Source: Afipia sp.
GTDB lineage: Bacteria; Pseudomonadota; Alphaproteobacteria; Rhizobiales; Xanthobacteraceae
NCBI GenBank assembly: GCA_041905905.1
Contig: JAYRKE010000009.1
Coordinates: 70,842-134,841 of the forward strand
DNA: 64,000 bases
Direction of reading: 5' to 3'
The position numbers were made by a program, and so were the translations under genes. The notes beneath the pieces were generated by a model, which had not been told where the DNA came from, did no database searches, and saw nothing but the letters and a program-made list of their open reading frames with translations. This document shows positions 9,200-19,207 of the stretch, piece after piece (within the stretch, counting starts at the first letter, position 1; each line of letters opens with the position of its first letter).

Positions 9200-10960
9200 A
9201 TGAACACTGTTGACATGGTCAACGAGCTCGCACCGACTTCGTCTGAAAGTACGCCGCCCGATACCTTGGATGCGGTTGCGAACGCCTGGCGGGCGCGAGG
9301 CACCGGCGGGTTGTCGCCGGCGGCGGGCTTGTTGGCGTGGTACGATTGGGCTCTGCACCTGAGTCTTTCGCCGGGCAAGCAGCGCAACCTGCTGGAAAAG
9401 GGGCTGCACAAGCAGCAGCGACTTGCGCGTTATGCAGTGCGAGCGGCAAGCGCACGCGACTGCCCGACTTGCATTGAGCCGCTGGAGCAGGATCGGCGGT
9501 TCGCCGATCCTGCCTGGCAGCAATGGCCCTTCAACGTGATCCACCAGAGCTTCTTGCTGCAGCAGCAATGGTGGCATAACGCCACCACCGGCGTGCGCAG
9601 CGTGTCCAGCCATCACGAGAGATTGGTCACTTTCGCCGGGCGGCAGTGGCTCGACATGTGGTCGCCGGCCAATTTCATTTGGACCAACCCCGAGGTACTG
9701 CGCGCCATTACGGACAGCGGTGGCGTCAGTCTGTGGCGCGGTGCAATGAATTTCCTTGACGATGCGCGGCGTCTTGCGCTGGATGGTACGCCAGCAGGGG
9801 TCGAAAGGTTCGAGGTTGGCAAGGACGTGGCGGTCACGCCAGGAAAGGTGGTGTACCGCAACCACCTGATCGAGCTGATCCAATACACACCCACGACGCC
9901 CGATGTGCATGCCGAGCCGGTCCTGATCGTGCCGTCCTGGATCATGAAGTACTACATCCTCGACCTGTCGCCGCACAATTCGATGGTGAAGTATCTGGTC
10001 GGCCAAGGGCATACGGTTTTCATTATTTCATGGAGAAACCCGACCGCGGTCGATCGTGACCTCAGCCTGGACGACTACCGGCGGTTGGGGGTCATAGACG
10101 CATTGGATGCGGTTACGGCCATTGTCCCCGAGCGTAAGGTGCAAGCGGTCGGCTATTGCCTGGGCGGTACCTTGTTGGCGATCGCTGCTGCTGCGATGGC
10201 GCGCGATGGTGACGAACGTCTGCAAAGTTTGACGCTGCTGGCGTCTGAGACCGATTTTCGTGAATCTGGCGAGATCGCGCTTTTCATCGACGAGAGCCAA
10301 CTGGCGTGGCTCGAGGCCGGCATGTGGGACAAGGGTTATCTTGACGGCAGGCAGATGGCTGGCGCGTTCCAGATGCTCAATTCGCGTGACCTGATCTGGT
10401 CGCGACAGGTTCGCGAATACCTGTTGGGTGAGCGGCAAGTCTTCAACGATCTGATGGCCTGGAATGCCGACGTGACTCGCATGCCGTATCGCATGCACAG
10501 CGAGTACCTGCGGCAACTGTATCTGCGCAACGATCTGGCAGAGGGACGCTATCAGGTCGACGGGAGGCCGGTGGCGCTCGCCGACATCGACGTGTCCATG
10601 TTCATCGTCGGCACGGTGCGCGACCACGTCGCGCCCTGGCCCTCTGTGTACAAGATGCACCTGCTCAGTGATGCGGAGTTGACCTTCGTGCTCACCAGCG
10701 GCGGGCACAACGCCGGCGTGGTCAGCGAGCCGGGGCATCCCCGGCGCAGCTTCCAGATTGCCACCCGTGCCGCCGGCAAGCGCTACGTCGATCCGCAGAT
10801 GTGGCGCGCCGAGACTCCTTTGCACGAGGGTTCCTGGTGGCCGGCCTGGCAGCAGTGGTTGGCGCAGCGCTCGGCCGGGCGCGTAGCGCCACCTGCCATG
10901 GGCGGCAGCACGTACACACCACTTGGCGACGCGCCCGGGACATACGTGGCAATGACGTGA
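9200..10960 (+). CDS. phaC: Poly(3-hydroxyalkanoate) synthase, class I-like
   Basis: TPGKVVYRNHLIELIQY, KYYILDLSPHNS, lipase box GYCLGG, DHVAPW (Asp), SGGHNAG (His), GSWWPAW; catalytic triad intact. Confidence 0.93.
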   Translation: MNTVDMVNELAPTSSESTPPDTLDAVANAWRARGTGGLSPAAGLLAWYDWALHLSLSPGKQRNLLEKGLHKQQRLARYAVRAASARDCPTCIEPLEQDRRFADPAWQQWPFNVIHQSFLLQQQWWHNATTGVRSVSSHHERLVTFAGRQWLDMWSPANFIWTNPEVLRAITDSGGVSLWRGAMNFLDDARRLALDGTPAGVERFEVGKDVAVTPGKVVYRNHLIELIQYTPTTPDVHAEPVLIVPSWIMKYYILDLSPHNSMVKYLVGQGHTVFIISWRNPTAVDRDLSLDDYRRLGVIDALDAVTAIVPERKVQAVGYCLGGTLLAIAAAAMARDGDERLQSLTLLASETDFRESGEIALFIDESQLAWLEAGMWDKGYLDGRQMAGAFQMLNSRDLIWSRQVREYLLGERQVFNDLMAWNADVTRMPYRMHSEYLRQLYLRNDLAEGRYQVDGRPVALADIDVSMFIVGTVRDHVAPWPSVYKMHLLSDAELTFVLTSGGHNAGVVSEPGHPRRSFQIATRAAGKRYVDPQMWRAETPLHEGSWWPAWQQWLAQRSAGRVAPPAMGGSTYTPLGDAPGTYVAMT

Positions 10961-11069
10961 CATGGCCACCCGCGGCGGAGACAGAACTGCCGCGGTTTGA
11001 TCGGGCCACCTCGCAAGGAATGGCCCACACCTGCCCCCATGGGGCACAACGTGACCGTGGAGCACTGCA

Positions 11070-11513
11070 ATGAACAACGAACTGCCCATCCAACTCTACA
11101 AGGCCAATGCCGAGCTACAGCTACAGATCACCCGTTTGCTGCAAGAGAGCGGACATTGCTGGCTAGAAGCCATGCAACAGCTCAGCGCTGGTAGCGTAGA
11201 GGAGACCACCGCACGCATCCAGGGTCTCCAGCAGGCGGCAGACTGGCAGGCGCTCGCAACCTTGCCGTCCGAGGTGTTCCGGTGCCTGTATCAGGGCCGC
11301 GTTGGCGATGCCCAAGCAATCGCTCAAACGACCGCCAAGAGCCAGGCCGCCTTTGTCGATGGCCTGCGCCAGGCGCTCACGACTTGGCAGGGATCTGTAT
11401 CCGAGGCATTCGGTACCAGCGGTGACTCAGCTCCCTTTGTGCAGCTTTTTCAACCATGGGCACAGCCCTGGTCGGCGCCAGCCGCGACGCCCCAGAGCAA
11501 GGCCGAAAAGTGA
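11070..11513 (+). CDS. phaP: Phasin family protein
   Basis: 147-aa Ala/Gln-rich amphipathic helical protein (LYKANAELQLQITRLLQES) between phaC and phaB. Confidence 0.7.
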   Translation: MNNELPIQLYKANAELQLQITRLLQESGHCWLEAMQQLSAGSVEETTARIQGLQQAADWQALATLPSEVFRCLYQGRVGDAQAIAQTTAKSQAAFVDGLRQALTTWQGSVSEAFGTSGDSAPFVQLFQPWAQPWSAPAATPQSKAEK

Positions 11514-11523
11514 GGAGGTCACT

Positions 11524-11842
11524 ATGAGTACCTCTCGGCGAACGGCCCTGGTGACCGGAGGCAACCGGGGATTGGGCGCCGCTATCGCCCGTGCTCTGCA
11601 CGATGCCGGCCACCGCGTGATCGTCACGCATACGCCGGGCAACACCACGATTGACCAGTGGCAGCAAGCGCAAGCAGCACAGGGTTATATATTCGCCGCC
11701 TACGGGGTGGATGTGTCCGAATATGAATCGACGCAGGAACTGGCGCGGCGCATCCATGCCGATGGTCATCGGTTCGATATCCTGATGAAACAACGCCGGC
11801 ATTACCCGCAATGCCACGCTGCGCAAGCTCGACAAGGATTGA
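11524..11842 (+). pseudogene. phaB: Acetoacetyl-CoA reductase, frameshifted and truncated
   Basis: ALVTGGNRGLGAAIA start; an extra A at 11788-11790 shifts the NNAGITRNATLRKLDKD segment out of frame; TGA at 11840-11842; YxxxK region absent. Confidence 0.85.
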
Positions 11843-11978
11843 AGCCGCCGCCCAAGCCGCCGGTATTCGATCCCACGATCGCGAAGTTCTATGAAAGCCC
11901 GACCACAGCAAACTATGACACCCGCCATCATCAAGGCCGCTGCTGTCCGGTATAGCAGGGGCGAGGATCAACAGAGCC

Positions 11979-12356
11979 ATGACCGATAGACCGTTCCCGA
12001 TCACGATCGCCGCCATTGTTGCTGTGATCTTCGGTATCCTGACCATCATCTCGGGCGGGCGTGCATTGTTTGGCGGAGTGGACATGGGGGCAGTCGTGCC
12101 CTTCGTCCTGAAGTTCAATTTCGTCGCCGGCTTTGCCTATGTGCTGGCGGGCATCGGGCTGTGGCGCATGGCGAGGTGGGCGGGGGCGCTGTCCGTCGTG
12201 ATCGCGGTGGCGACTGCGGTGATGTTCGCCGCCTTCCTGTGGCATGTCTGGCATGGTGGCGCCTATGAGGTGCGCACCCTGGGCGCCATGTCGCTGCGCC
12301 TCGTCGTCTGGATCGTCATCGCGACTATCGCGATTAAACGCGGATTGCGCCGCTGA
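11979..12356 (+). CDS. Small integral membrane protein, paralog of 1704-2144
   Basis: SGGRALF...VPFVLKFNFVAGFAY...AYEVRTLGAMSLR; about 4 TM helices. Confidence 0.8.
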   Translation: MTDRPFPITIAAIVAVIFGILTIISGGRALFGGVDMGAVVPFVLKFNFVAGFAYVLAGIGLWRMARWAGALSVVIAVATAVMFAAFLWHVWHGGAYEVRTLGAMSLRLVVWIVIATIAIKRGLRR

Positions 12357-12394
12357 CCGGCGACGGCAGAAAAATCGTCGTGAAAAGCCCGAAG

Positions 12395-13099
12395 CTAGAC
12401 GGCCCGGCCAATAAGGGCGCCGATCACAGCGGTCGATGCCATGGCAACAGCGCCCCAGAACACGACCCGAAAAGTGGGTTTCCATATGCTGGCGCCGCCC
12501 GCTTGCGCGCCAATGGTCCCAAGGGCGGCAAGCCCGATGAGGCAGGCGATCGACACCGTCCAGACGGTTGTTCCTGCCGGTGAAAGCAGAGCGATAACCA
12601 ACGGCAACGCAGCGCCGGATGCGAATGTCGCCGCGGACGTGAAAGCTGCCTGAACCGGCCTGGCCATCATGTGGCTCGACAGTCCGAGCTCATCCCTCGC
12701 ATGCGCCGCGAACGCGTCTTTCGCCATCATCTGCTCGGCAACCTGCCGGGCCAGTTCGGGCGTCACGCCACGCTCCTCATAGATCTTTGCCAGTTCCTCC
12801 AGCTCTGCTTCAGGCTGCGTGGACAGTTCGTAACGCTCACGCGCCATGTCGGCTTCTTCCGTGTCAGCCTGGGAACTGACCGATACGTATTCACCCGCTG
12901 CCATCGACATCGCTCCGGCCACCAGCCCGGCGACACCGGCAACGAGGATATCATGAGACGTTGCTGTTGCAGCGGCGACGCCGACGATCAGGCTCGACGT
13001 CGAAATCAGACCGTCATTGGCTCCCAGCACCGCGGCACGAAGCCAGCCTATTCGTTCGATCAGATGGTTTTCTTTGTGAAGGGTGCGCATGGGCTGCAT
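12395..13099 (-). CDS. VIT1/CCC1 family Fe/Mn transporter
   Basis: WLRAAVLGANDGLISTSSL, SMAAGEYVSVSSQAD, HARDELG, SAATFASGA. Confidence 0.92.
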   Translation of the reverse strand: MQPMRTLHKENHLIERIGWLRAAVLGANDGLISTSSLIVGVAAATATSHDILVAGVAGLVAGAMSMAAGEYVSVSSQADTEEADMARERYELSTQPEAELEELAKIYEERGVTPELARQVAEQMMAKDAFAAHARDELGLSSHMMARPVQAAFTSAATFASGAALPLVIALLSPAGTTVWTVSIACLIGLAALGTIGAQAGGASIWKPTFRVVFWGAVAMASTAVIGALIGRAV

Positions 13100-13309
13100 T
13101 CCTGAATAGGCTTAAGGTTTCGGAGGAAATGGCGGACGCCCGCCAACAAGACCTTTTCGTTCCGTCGCAACGAACGCTGTCGTTCAAAAGTGTATAGACT
13201 TCGATTACGGGCATCCTGCGGATGCAAGTCAACGTGATTTCAGTTGCCCGATAGCAGGCGACAGTATCGTTGCCGCAATCGATGTGACCAAGACCCCACC
13301 CAGGATCCC

Positions 13310-14203
<894 letters not shown>

Positions 14204-14257
14204 GCGAACACGGATCACATCCACTCACGGATCATGGGTGTGTCGCAATCCAGTCGA

Positions 14258-14818
14258 TTACGCTGCGCGCGGCCCCGGATCATCATCATCGGGATTGATG
14301 GGCTCCTTGATCGACCGTTCCGGAATAATTTTACGTTGAAGCGCGAACGAGATAACGGGCACTTCTACGCCAGTCGTGGATTCTGCCTTCGGCAAGGTTT
14401 CTCGACGCAGTCGATTTTTTCGATCTTCGGCCTCCGGCTGATATAAAACGGCGTCGAGAGTAATTGTTTCGACCCTGTTACCCGAGCACTCGACAACAAT
14501 TGTCTCACCCCGCATTAATCCCAGCAGCGCGAGACCGCGAAGCGATGTAATCGAAAGACAGCGGTCGGGATATGCGTCCTCGCCACCATATGTGAGAATT
14601 TGGTTCTTTGATCGCTGGCCATTGGTCGTAAAGTCAATACGACTGTTGATGGTTGCTACTTGCGGATCGAGATCTTCGTGAAAGGCAACCATCACTGTCG
14701 ATAGCTTTTTACGTAGCAGACGCAAGAACAAGTCGTCTCGATTGGCGCTGCGGTCGAGCAGAGTCTCCAGGATCGTAAAATCCTTGGCCGTTAGAAAATA
14801 GTGCCCCGTCTTGGGCAT
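14258..14818 (-). CDS. Rnk/GreA-GreB C-terminal-domain-like protein
   Basis: LTAKDFTILE, VATINSRIDF, LSITSLRGLALLGL (Rnk-type ISILTPxGxALLGL); C-terminal DDDDPGPRAA. Confidence 0.7.
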   Translation of the reverse strand: MPKTGHYFLTAKDFTILETLLDRSANRDDLFLRLLRKKLSTVMVAFHEDLDPQVATINSRIDFTTNGQRSKNQILTYGGEDAYPDRCLSITSLRGLALLGLMRGETIVVECSGNRVETITLDAVLYQPEAEDRKNRLRRETLPKAESTTGVEVPVISFALQRKIIPERSIKEPINPDDDDPGPRAA

Positions 14819-15050
14819 GGCAGTTCTCCGCCTCACCGCGCCATGAAGCGCGGCGAATCGAGATAGAGCCGCTTATTGAAAGATCGCCCCCTGGCCCCGG
14901 CGTGCGTCTCGCTGACGCCGCGCCAGGGGCTAAGAGCCTGCGATCAGGCACCCCGTACGGACAATCACCCCGCCGCAAGTCATAAAACCGTGCATCTCAG
15001 ATCAGGCCCAATAGCTCCAGCCTAGCACGCGCGCAACCGGTTTGCGAGAT

Positions 15051-15470
15051 TCAGACGGTCGCGGGAGAGACAGGCTGCTCTACGTCCACCACCGTCAGCT
15101 CATGCTTTCGCCCATCGCGTGTCGTCCATGTGATCGACTGCCCGGTCGACAAACCAATGAGCGCGGTGCCGATTGGCGTCAGTATCGATATCCTGTTTGC
15201 AGAAATATCCGCCTCGGCGGGGAATACCAGCGCAACGCGCCTGTTCTGCCCCGCATCCCACCGGAATTCGACCATTGAGCCCATCTGAACGACGTTGGTC
15301 GGCACCGAGCCGGCATCCGTTACCTCAGCCCGATCCATTTCGGATTGAAGTTCTTCGGCGACGTCGGGAAACCTGTTGACCGCGCCGATAGCGAGGTCGG
15401 TAAGGCGCTTATGGTCGATATCGCTGACGATAATTCTGGGTTTGCTATCGCGATTTAGAGACTTTGCCAT
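15051..15470 (-). CDS. rnk: Nucleoside diphosphate kinase regulator Rnk
   Basis: LQSEMDRAEV, NVVQMGSMVEF, LVFPAEADISANRISILTPIGTALIGLSTGQSITW. Confidence 0.88.
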   Translation of the reverse strand: MAKSLNRDSKPRIIVSDIDHKRLTDLAIGAVNRFPDVAEELQSEMDRAEVTDAGSVPTNVVQMGSMVEFRWDAGQNRRVALVFPAEADISANRISILTPIGTALIGLSTGQSITWTTRDGRKHELTVVDVEQPVSPATV

Positions 15471-15538
15471 GGCGCAGGACACTCTTTCGCGGTGTATGCG
15501 GTTCACCAGTGCGGCATGCACCGATCGCTTGACTGCTA

Positions 15539-16045
15539 TCACGGATCGCCGAGAAAATCGCGCTTGCCGATCTCGACGCCGTTATGACGTAGGATATTGT
15601 AGGCGGTCGTAGTATGGAAATAGACGTTTGGCATCGAGTGTCCGAGCAGCAGCTGCAAGCCTTTGTAGTGGGTTTCCTTGCCAGAAACTGGAAGCACGAC
15701 GTTCTTGTCCTCGGTACCGTCGATCTGCTCCGGCGGCACGCTTTGAATAAACGCGATCGTCTTGGAAATACGCAATTTGAGTTCCGCCAAGGTCTTTTCG
15801 TCGTCCTTGTAGACCGGCACATTCATTCCCGCCAGGCGAGCCACCACACTCCTGCTCTTATCACAGGCGATCTGCACCTGCTTCGAGAACGGAAACATAT
15901 CGGGAAACAGACGCCACTCCATCAGTGCGGAAACGGCGATTCGCTTGGCGTCGATATGGGCCTGCGCCTTATCCAAAATGTTTGACAAATTGCCGAGAGT
16001 GTTGGCGAGCCGCGGCACGCTGGCCTGGTACATTGAGATTGTCAT
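15539..16045 (-). CDS. DUF1993 (DinB-like) protein
   Basis: ISMYQASVP, RLFPDMFPFSKQVQIACD, PNVYFHTTTAYNILRHNGVEIGKRDFLG. Confidence 0.88.
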   Translation of the reverse strand: MTISMYQASVPRLANTLGNLSNILDKAQAHIDAKRIAVSALMEWRLFPDMFPFSKQVQIACDKSRSVVARLAGMNVPVYKDDEKTLAELKLRISKTIAFIQSVPPEQIDGTEDKNVVLPVSGKETHYKGLQLLLGHSMPNVYFHTTTAYNILRHNGVEIGKRDFLGDP

Positions 16046-16137
16046 GTTGGAGCACTCATAAAACGGACGAGATAGCGAATGAGGAACTCTTACGCCGCCT
16101 TGGCTTCGATGTCGGGCAGCCGCAGTGTTGCGGTGAT

Positions 16138-16413
16138 CTAGCCTATGATAGACACCGCGATCTCGGCTGGCGACACCGCGCCGATGTCGAACCCGAGGTA
16201 ATGACGTCGAGCGCCTCGGAGACAACGGCACCGTCGACGCAACCGCCAGCGACCGAGCCGAGAAACGAGCCTTGGTCGTTGATGGCGAGGCTGGAGCCGG
16301 CCGGATGCGGAGCCGACCCACAGGGTCTCGACCACGATGGTAAGCGCGACGCCGCGACCGGCCTTGTGCCCATCTTCGGCGGCTTTGAGAATGTCCCGAT
16401 CGGTGTTGAGCAT
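16138..16413 (-). pseudogene. xdhC: XdhC/CoxI family remnant (frameshift plus large internal deletion)
   Basis: DRDILKAAE...VET, then in another frame GSAPHPAGS...GSVAGGCVDGAV, then a jump to the C-terminal GFDIGAVSPAEIAVSI. Confidence 0.75.
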
Positions 16414-16670
16414 GATATCCTCCTTAAGTGACGGCGGAGAGAGGTCAGGCTATGAACCGGAGCGCACTGTTCGGTGCAGATTATCCTGGGCTCGGTGAGA
16501 AAAAGAGATTTTGCCGGCGAGCCTCGTATTCGACAATTGTGGTCGATAGCACGATAAGATATATCTTGTATGTTTCTTTTTATGCGAAGGGAAGCCCTAT
16601 CAGCCCAGGATGGTCACCATGATTGTTGGGTGGATGGACACCGCCCTATCGCATGTCGGGGTTTGCCAAG

Positions 16671-18344
16671 ATGCCCTTCAACGAACGTTCCAAACACATC
16701 ACGCAAGGCGTCGCCCGCTCGCCGAATCGGGCGATGTATTACGCGCTGGGCTATGAGAAAAGCGATTTCGACAAGCCGATGATCGGTATCGCCAACGGCT
16801 ATTCCACTATCACGCCATGCAATGCCGGGCTGCAGCCGCTGGCTGACGCCGCCATTGCCGCGATCAAGGCCGCCGGGGCCAATCCGCAGGTTTTCGGCAC
16901 GCCGACGATTTCCGACGGCATGTCGATGGGGACCGAGGGCATGAAATACTCGCTGATCTCGCGCGAGGTGATTGCCGACTGCGTCGAGACCTGCGTGCAG
17001 GGCCAGTGGATGGACGGCGTGCTGGCGATCGGCGGCTGCGACAAGAACATGCCGGGCGGCATGATCGGCATTCTGCGCGCCAACGCCCCGGCGATCTATG
17101 TCTATGGCGGCACCATCAAGCCGGGCCAGTGGAAAGGGCAGGATCTGTCGATCGTCTCGGCGTTCGAGGCGGTCGGCGCGTTCATGGCCGGCAAGATGAG
17201 CGAGGAGGATTTTGAGGGGATCGAGCGGAATGCCTGCCCCTGTAACGGTTCGTGCGGCGGCATGTATACCGCCAACACGATGAGTTCCTCGTTCGAGGCG
17301 CTCGGCATGTCGCTGCTTTACTCCTCGACCATCGCCAATCCCAATCGCGAGAAGCTCGACAGCGCCGCCGAATCCGGCCGGGTGCTGGTCGAAGCGGTGA
17401 AGAAGAACATCCGCCCGCGCGATATCGTCACACGGCGATCGATCGAGAATGCGGTGGCGCTGATCATGGCGATCGGCGGCTCGACCAATGCCGTGCTGCA
17501 TTATCTGGCGATTGCGCACGCCGCCGAGGTGGAATGGACGCTGGACGATTTCGAGCGGGTGCGCCGCAAGGTGCCGGTGATCTGTGACTTAAAGCCGTCC
17601 GGCAAATATATGGCGGTCGATCTGCACCAGGCCGACGGCATTCCGCAGGTGATGAAGATTCTGCTCAACGCCGGGCTGCTGCACGGCGACTGCCTGACAA
17701 TCACCGGCCGTACGCTGGCCGAGGAACTGGCTGATGTCCCCGACGAGCCGCGCGCCGACCAGGACGTCATCATGCCGATTGCCAGGGCGCTCTACCGCGA
17801 GGGGCACCTGGCGATCTTGCGCGGAAACCTGGCCGAGGACGGCGCGGTCGCCAAGATCACCGGCCTGAAAAGCCCGGTCATCACCGGACCGGCGCGCGTC
17901 TTCGATGACGAGCAGTCGGCCATGGACGCGATCCTGGCGGATCGGATCAAGCCGGGCGACGTGGTCGTGCTGCGTTACCTCGGCCCGCGCGGCGGTCCGG
18001 GCATGCCCGAGATGCTGGCGCCGACCTCGGCGATCATCGGGCGCGGTCTTGGCGAGAGCGTCGGCTTGATCACCGACGGGCGGTTTTCGGGTGGTACCTG
18101 GGGCATGGTGGTGGGCCATGTTGCGCCGGAAGCCTATGACGGCGGCACCATTGCGCTGGTCAAGGAGGGTGACACAATCACCATCGACGCCTACAGGCTC
18201 TTGCTGCAGCTCAATGTCAGTGAGGTTGAGATCGCCCGCCGCCGCACCGCATGGACGCAGCCGACGCCGCGCTACCAGCGTGGGGTACTGGCCAAGTTTG
18301 CCGCACTCGTACGGCCCGCTAATGAGGGCGCCGTCACCGGATAG
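16671..18344 (+). CDS. ilvD: Dihydroxy-acid dehydratase
   Basis: [59 protein letters not shown]. Confidence 0.95.
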   Translation: MPFNERSKHITQGVARSPNRAMYYALGYEKSDFDKPMIGIANGYSTITPCNAGLQPLADAAIAAIKAAGANPQVFGTPTISDGMSMGTEGMKYSLISREVIADCVETCVQGQWMDGVLAIGGCDKNMPGGMIGILRANAPAIYVYGGTIKPGQWKGQDLSIVSAFEAVGAFMAGKMSEEDFEGIERNACPCNGSCGGMYTANTMSSSFEALGMSLLYSSTIANPNREKLDSAAESGRVLVEAVKKNIRPRDIVTRRSIENAVALIMAIGGSTNAVLHYLAIAHAAEVEWTLDDFERVRRKVPVICDLKPSGKYMAVDLHQADGIPQVMKILLNAGLLHGDCLTITGRTLAEELADVPDEPRADQDVIMPIARALYREGHLAILRGNLAEDGAVAKITGLKSPVITGPARVFDDEQSAMDAILADRIKPGDVVVLRYLGPRGGPGMPEMLAPTSAIIGRGLGESVGLITDGRFSGGTWGMVVGHVAPEAYDGGTIALVKEGDTITIDAYRLLLQLNVSEVEIARRRTAWTQPTPRYQRGVLAKFAALVRPANEGAVTG

Positions 18345-18369
18345 ATGCAAGGCGGCGTGCCGGGCGCGT

Positions 18370-18723
18370 TCAGCCGCTCTGTTTGCGGCTGTTGTCGATC
18401 TCCTCAAGGGTCGCCAGCGCCAGATTGGAATGGGCGAATGCGCCGCCGGCGCGCATTTCGGCTGCGACCCAGATCGCTTCCATGATTTCCTGTGGCGTCG
18501 CTCCGTCGCGGGTCGCCGCCTTGGTATGACCTTGAATGCAGTAGGGGCACTGCGTGACATGGGCGACGGCAACCGCAATCAGCTGTTTGGTTTTGCGCGG
18601 CAGCGCGCCATCCTTGAAGACGGCTTGGCTGAAAGCCAGAAATGCCGCTTCTACATCCGGCGCCAACTCGCGGCGTTTGTCTGCAAGGGCCTTGCTCGGC
18701 TTCGGATAGAGAGTGTCACTCAT
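18370..18723 (-). CDS. Carboxymuconolactone decarboxylase / AhpD family protein
   Basis: GALPRKTKQLIAVAVAHVTQCPYCIQGH, EIMEAIWVAAEMRAGG; GGAGG RBS. Confidence 0.88.
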   Translation of the reverse strand: MSDTLYPKPSKALADKRRELAPDVEAAFLAFSQAVFKDGALPRKTKQLIAVAVAHVTQCPYCIQGHTKAATRDGATPQEIMEAIWVAAEMRAGGAFAHSNLALATLEEIDNSRKQSG

Positions 18724-18774
18724 AGGTAACCTCCGTTTCTGATCGACTATCCGCTTGCGGCGGGGCGAGCCATA

Positions 18775-19173
18775 CGTTTCCGCCGCCGGCACAGCGATGC
18801 ACCTTGATGCAACTACTGTCGATGAACAGCCTGTCGGGCGCATCCGACGCGCCGGCCAGCGCGCCGAAAATACCTTCCCATATGTCGCGCTCGGGCCAGC
18901 GCACGAACCAGTTGTAGAGCGTCTTTTTCGACCCATAGACATCGGCGCAGTCCGCCCAGCGCCTTCAACAGCACAGTGCATGAACGATTCCACTCAGCAC
19001 ACGGCAGTCATCGACCCGCTTCTTGCCGTGCATATTGGTCGGCGATAGCGGTTCGATCCGAGCCGACTGCGTATCGGTAAACCAGAAAAATCAGACATTT
19101 CACCGCCTCCTCGCCGAGGCAATGAATTACGATCCGAACTCCGGGGAATCCCGCTATTGGGTCCGGACTCTAG
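18775..19173 (-). mobile_element. IS5-family insertion sequence remnant (left end plus degraded orfA)
   Basis: End CTAG|AGTCCGGACCC at about 19159-19173; ATG 19098 leads to frameshifted and stop-interrupted DDxRVLSGIVH...DVYGSKKTLYNWFVRW...FIDSSCIKVHRCAGGG; orfB and right end absent. Confidence 0.8.
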
Positions 19174-19207
19174 CTCCTCAGAGGAATGGTACCGGGAGCA
19201 ATTGGGG

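Noticed and set aside
11843-11955. Segment after the phaB break (PTIAKFYESPT) faintly like an MBL-hydrolase N-terminus
   Set aside because: Too short and ambiguous to assign.
16556-16567. Perfect palindrome AAGATATATCTT upstream of ilvD
   Set aside because: AT-rich 12-mer with no second copy and no adjacent regulator to attribute it to.
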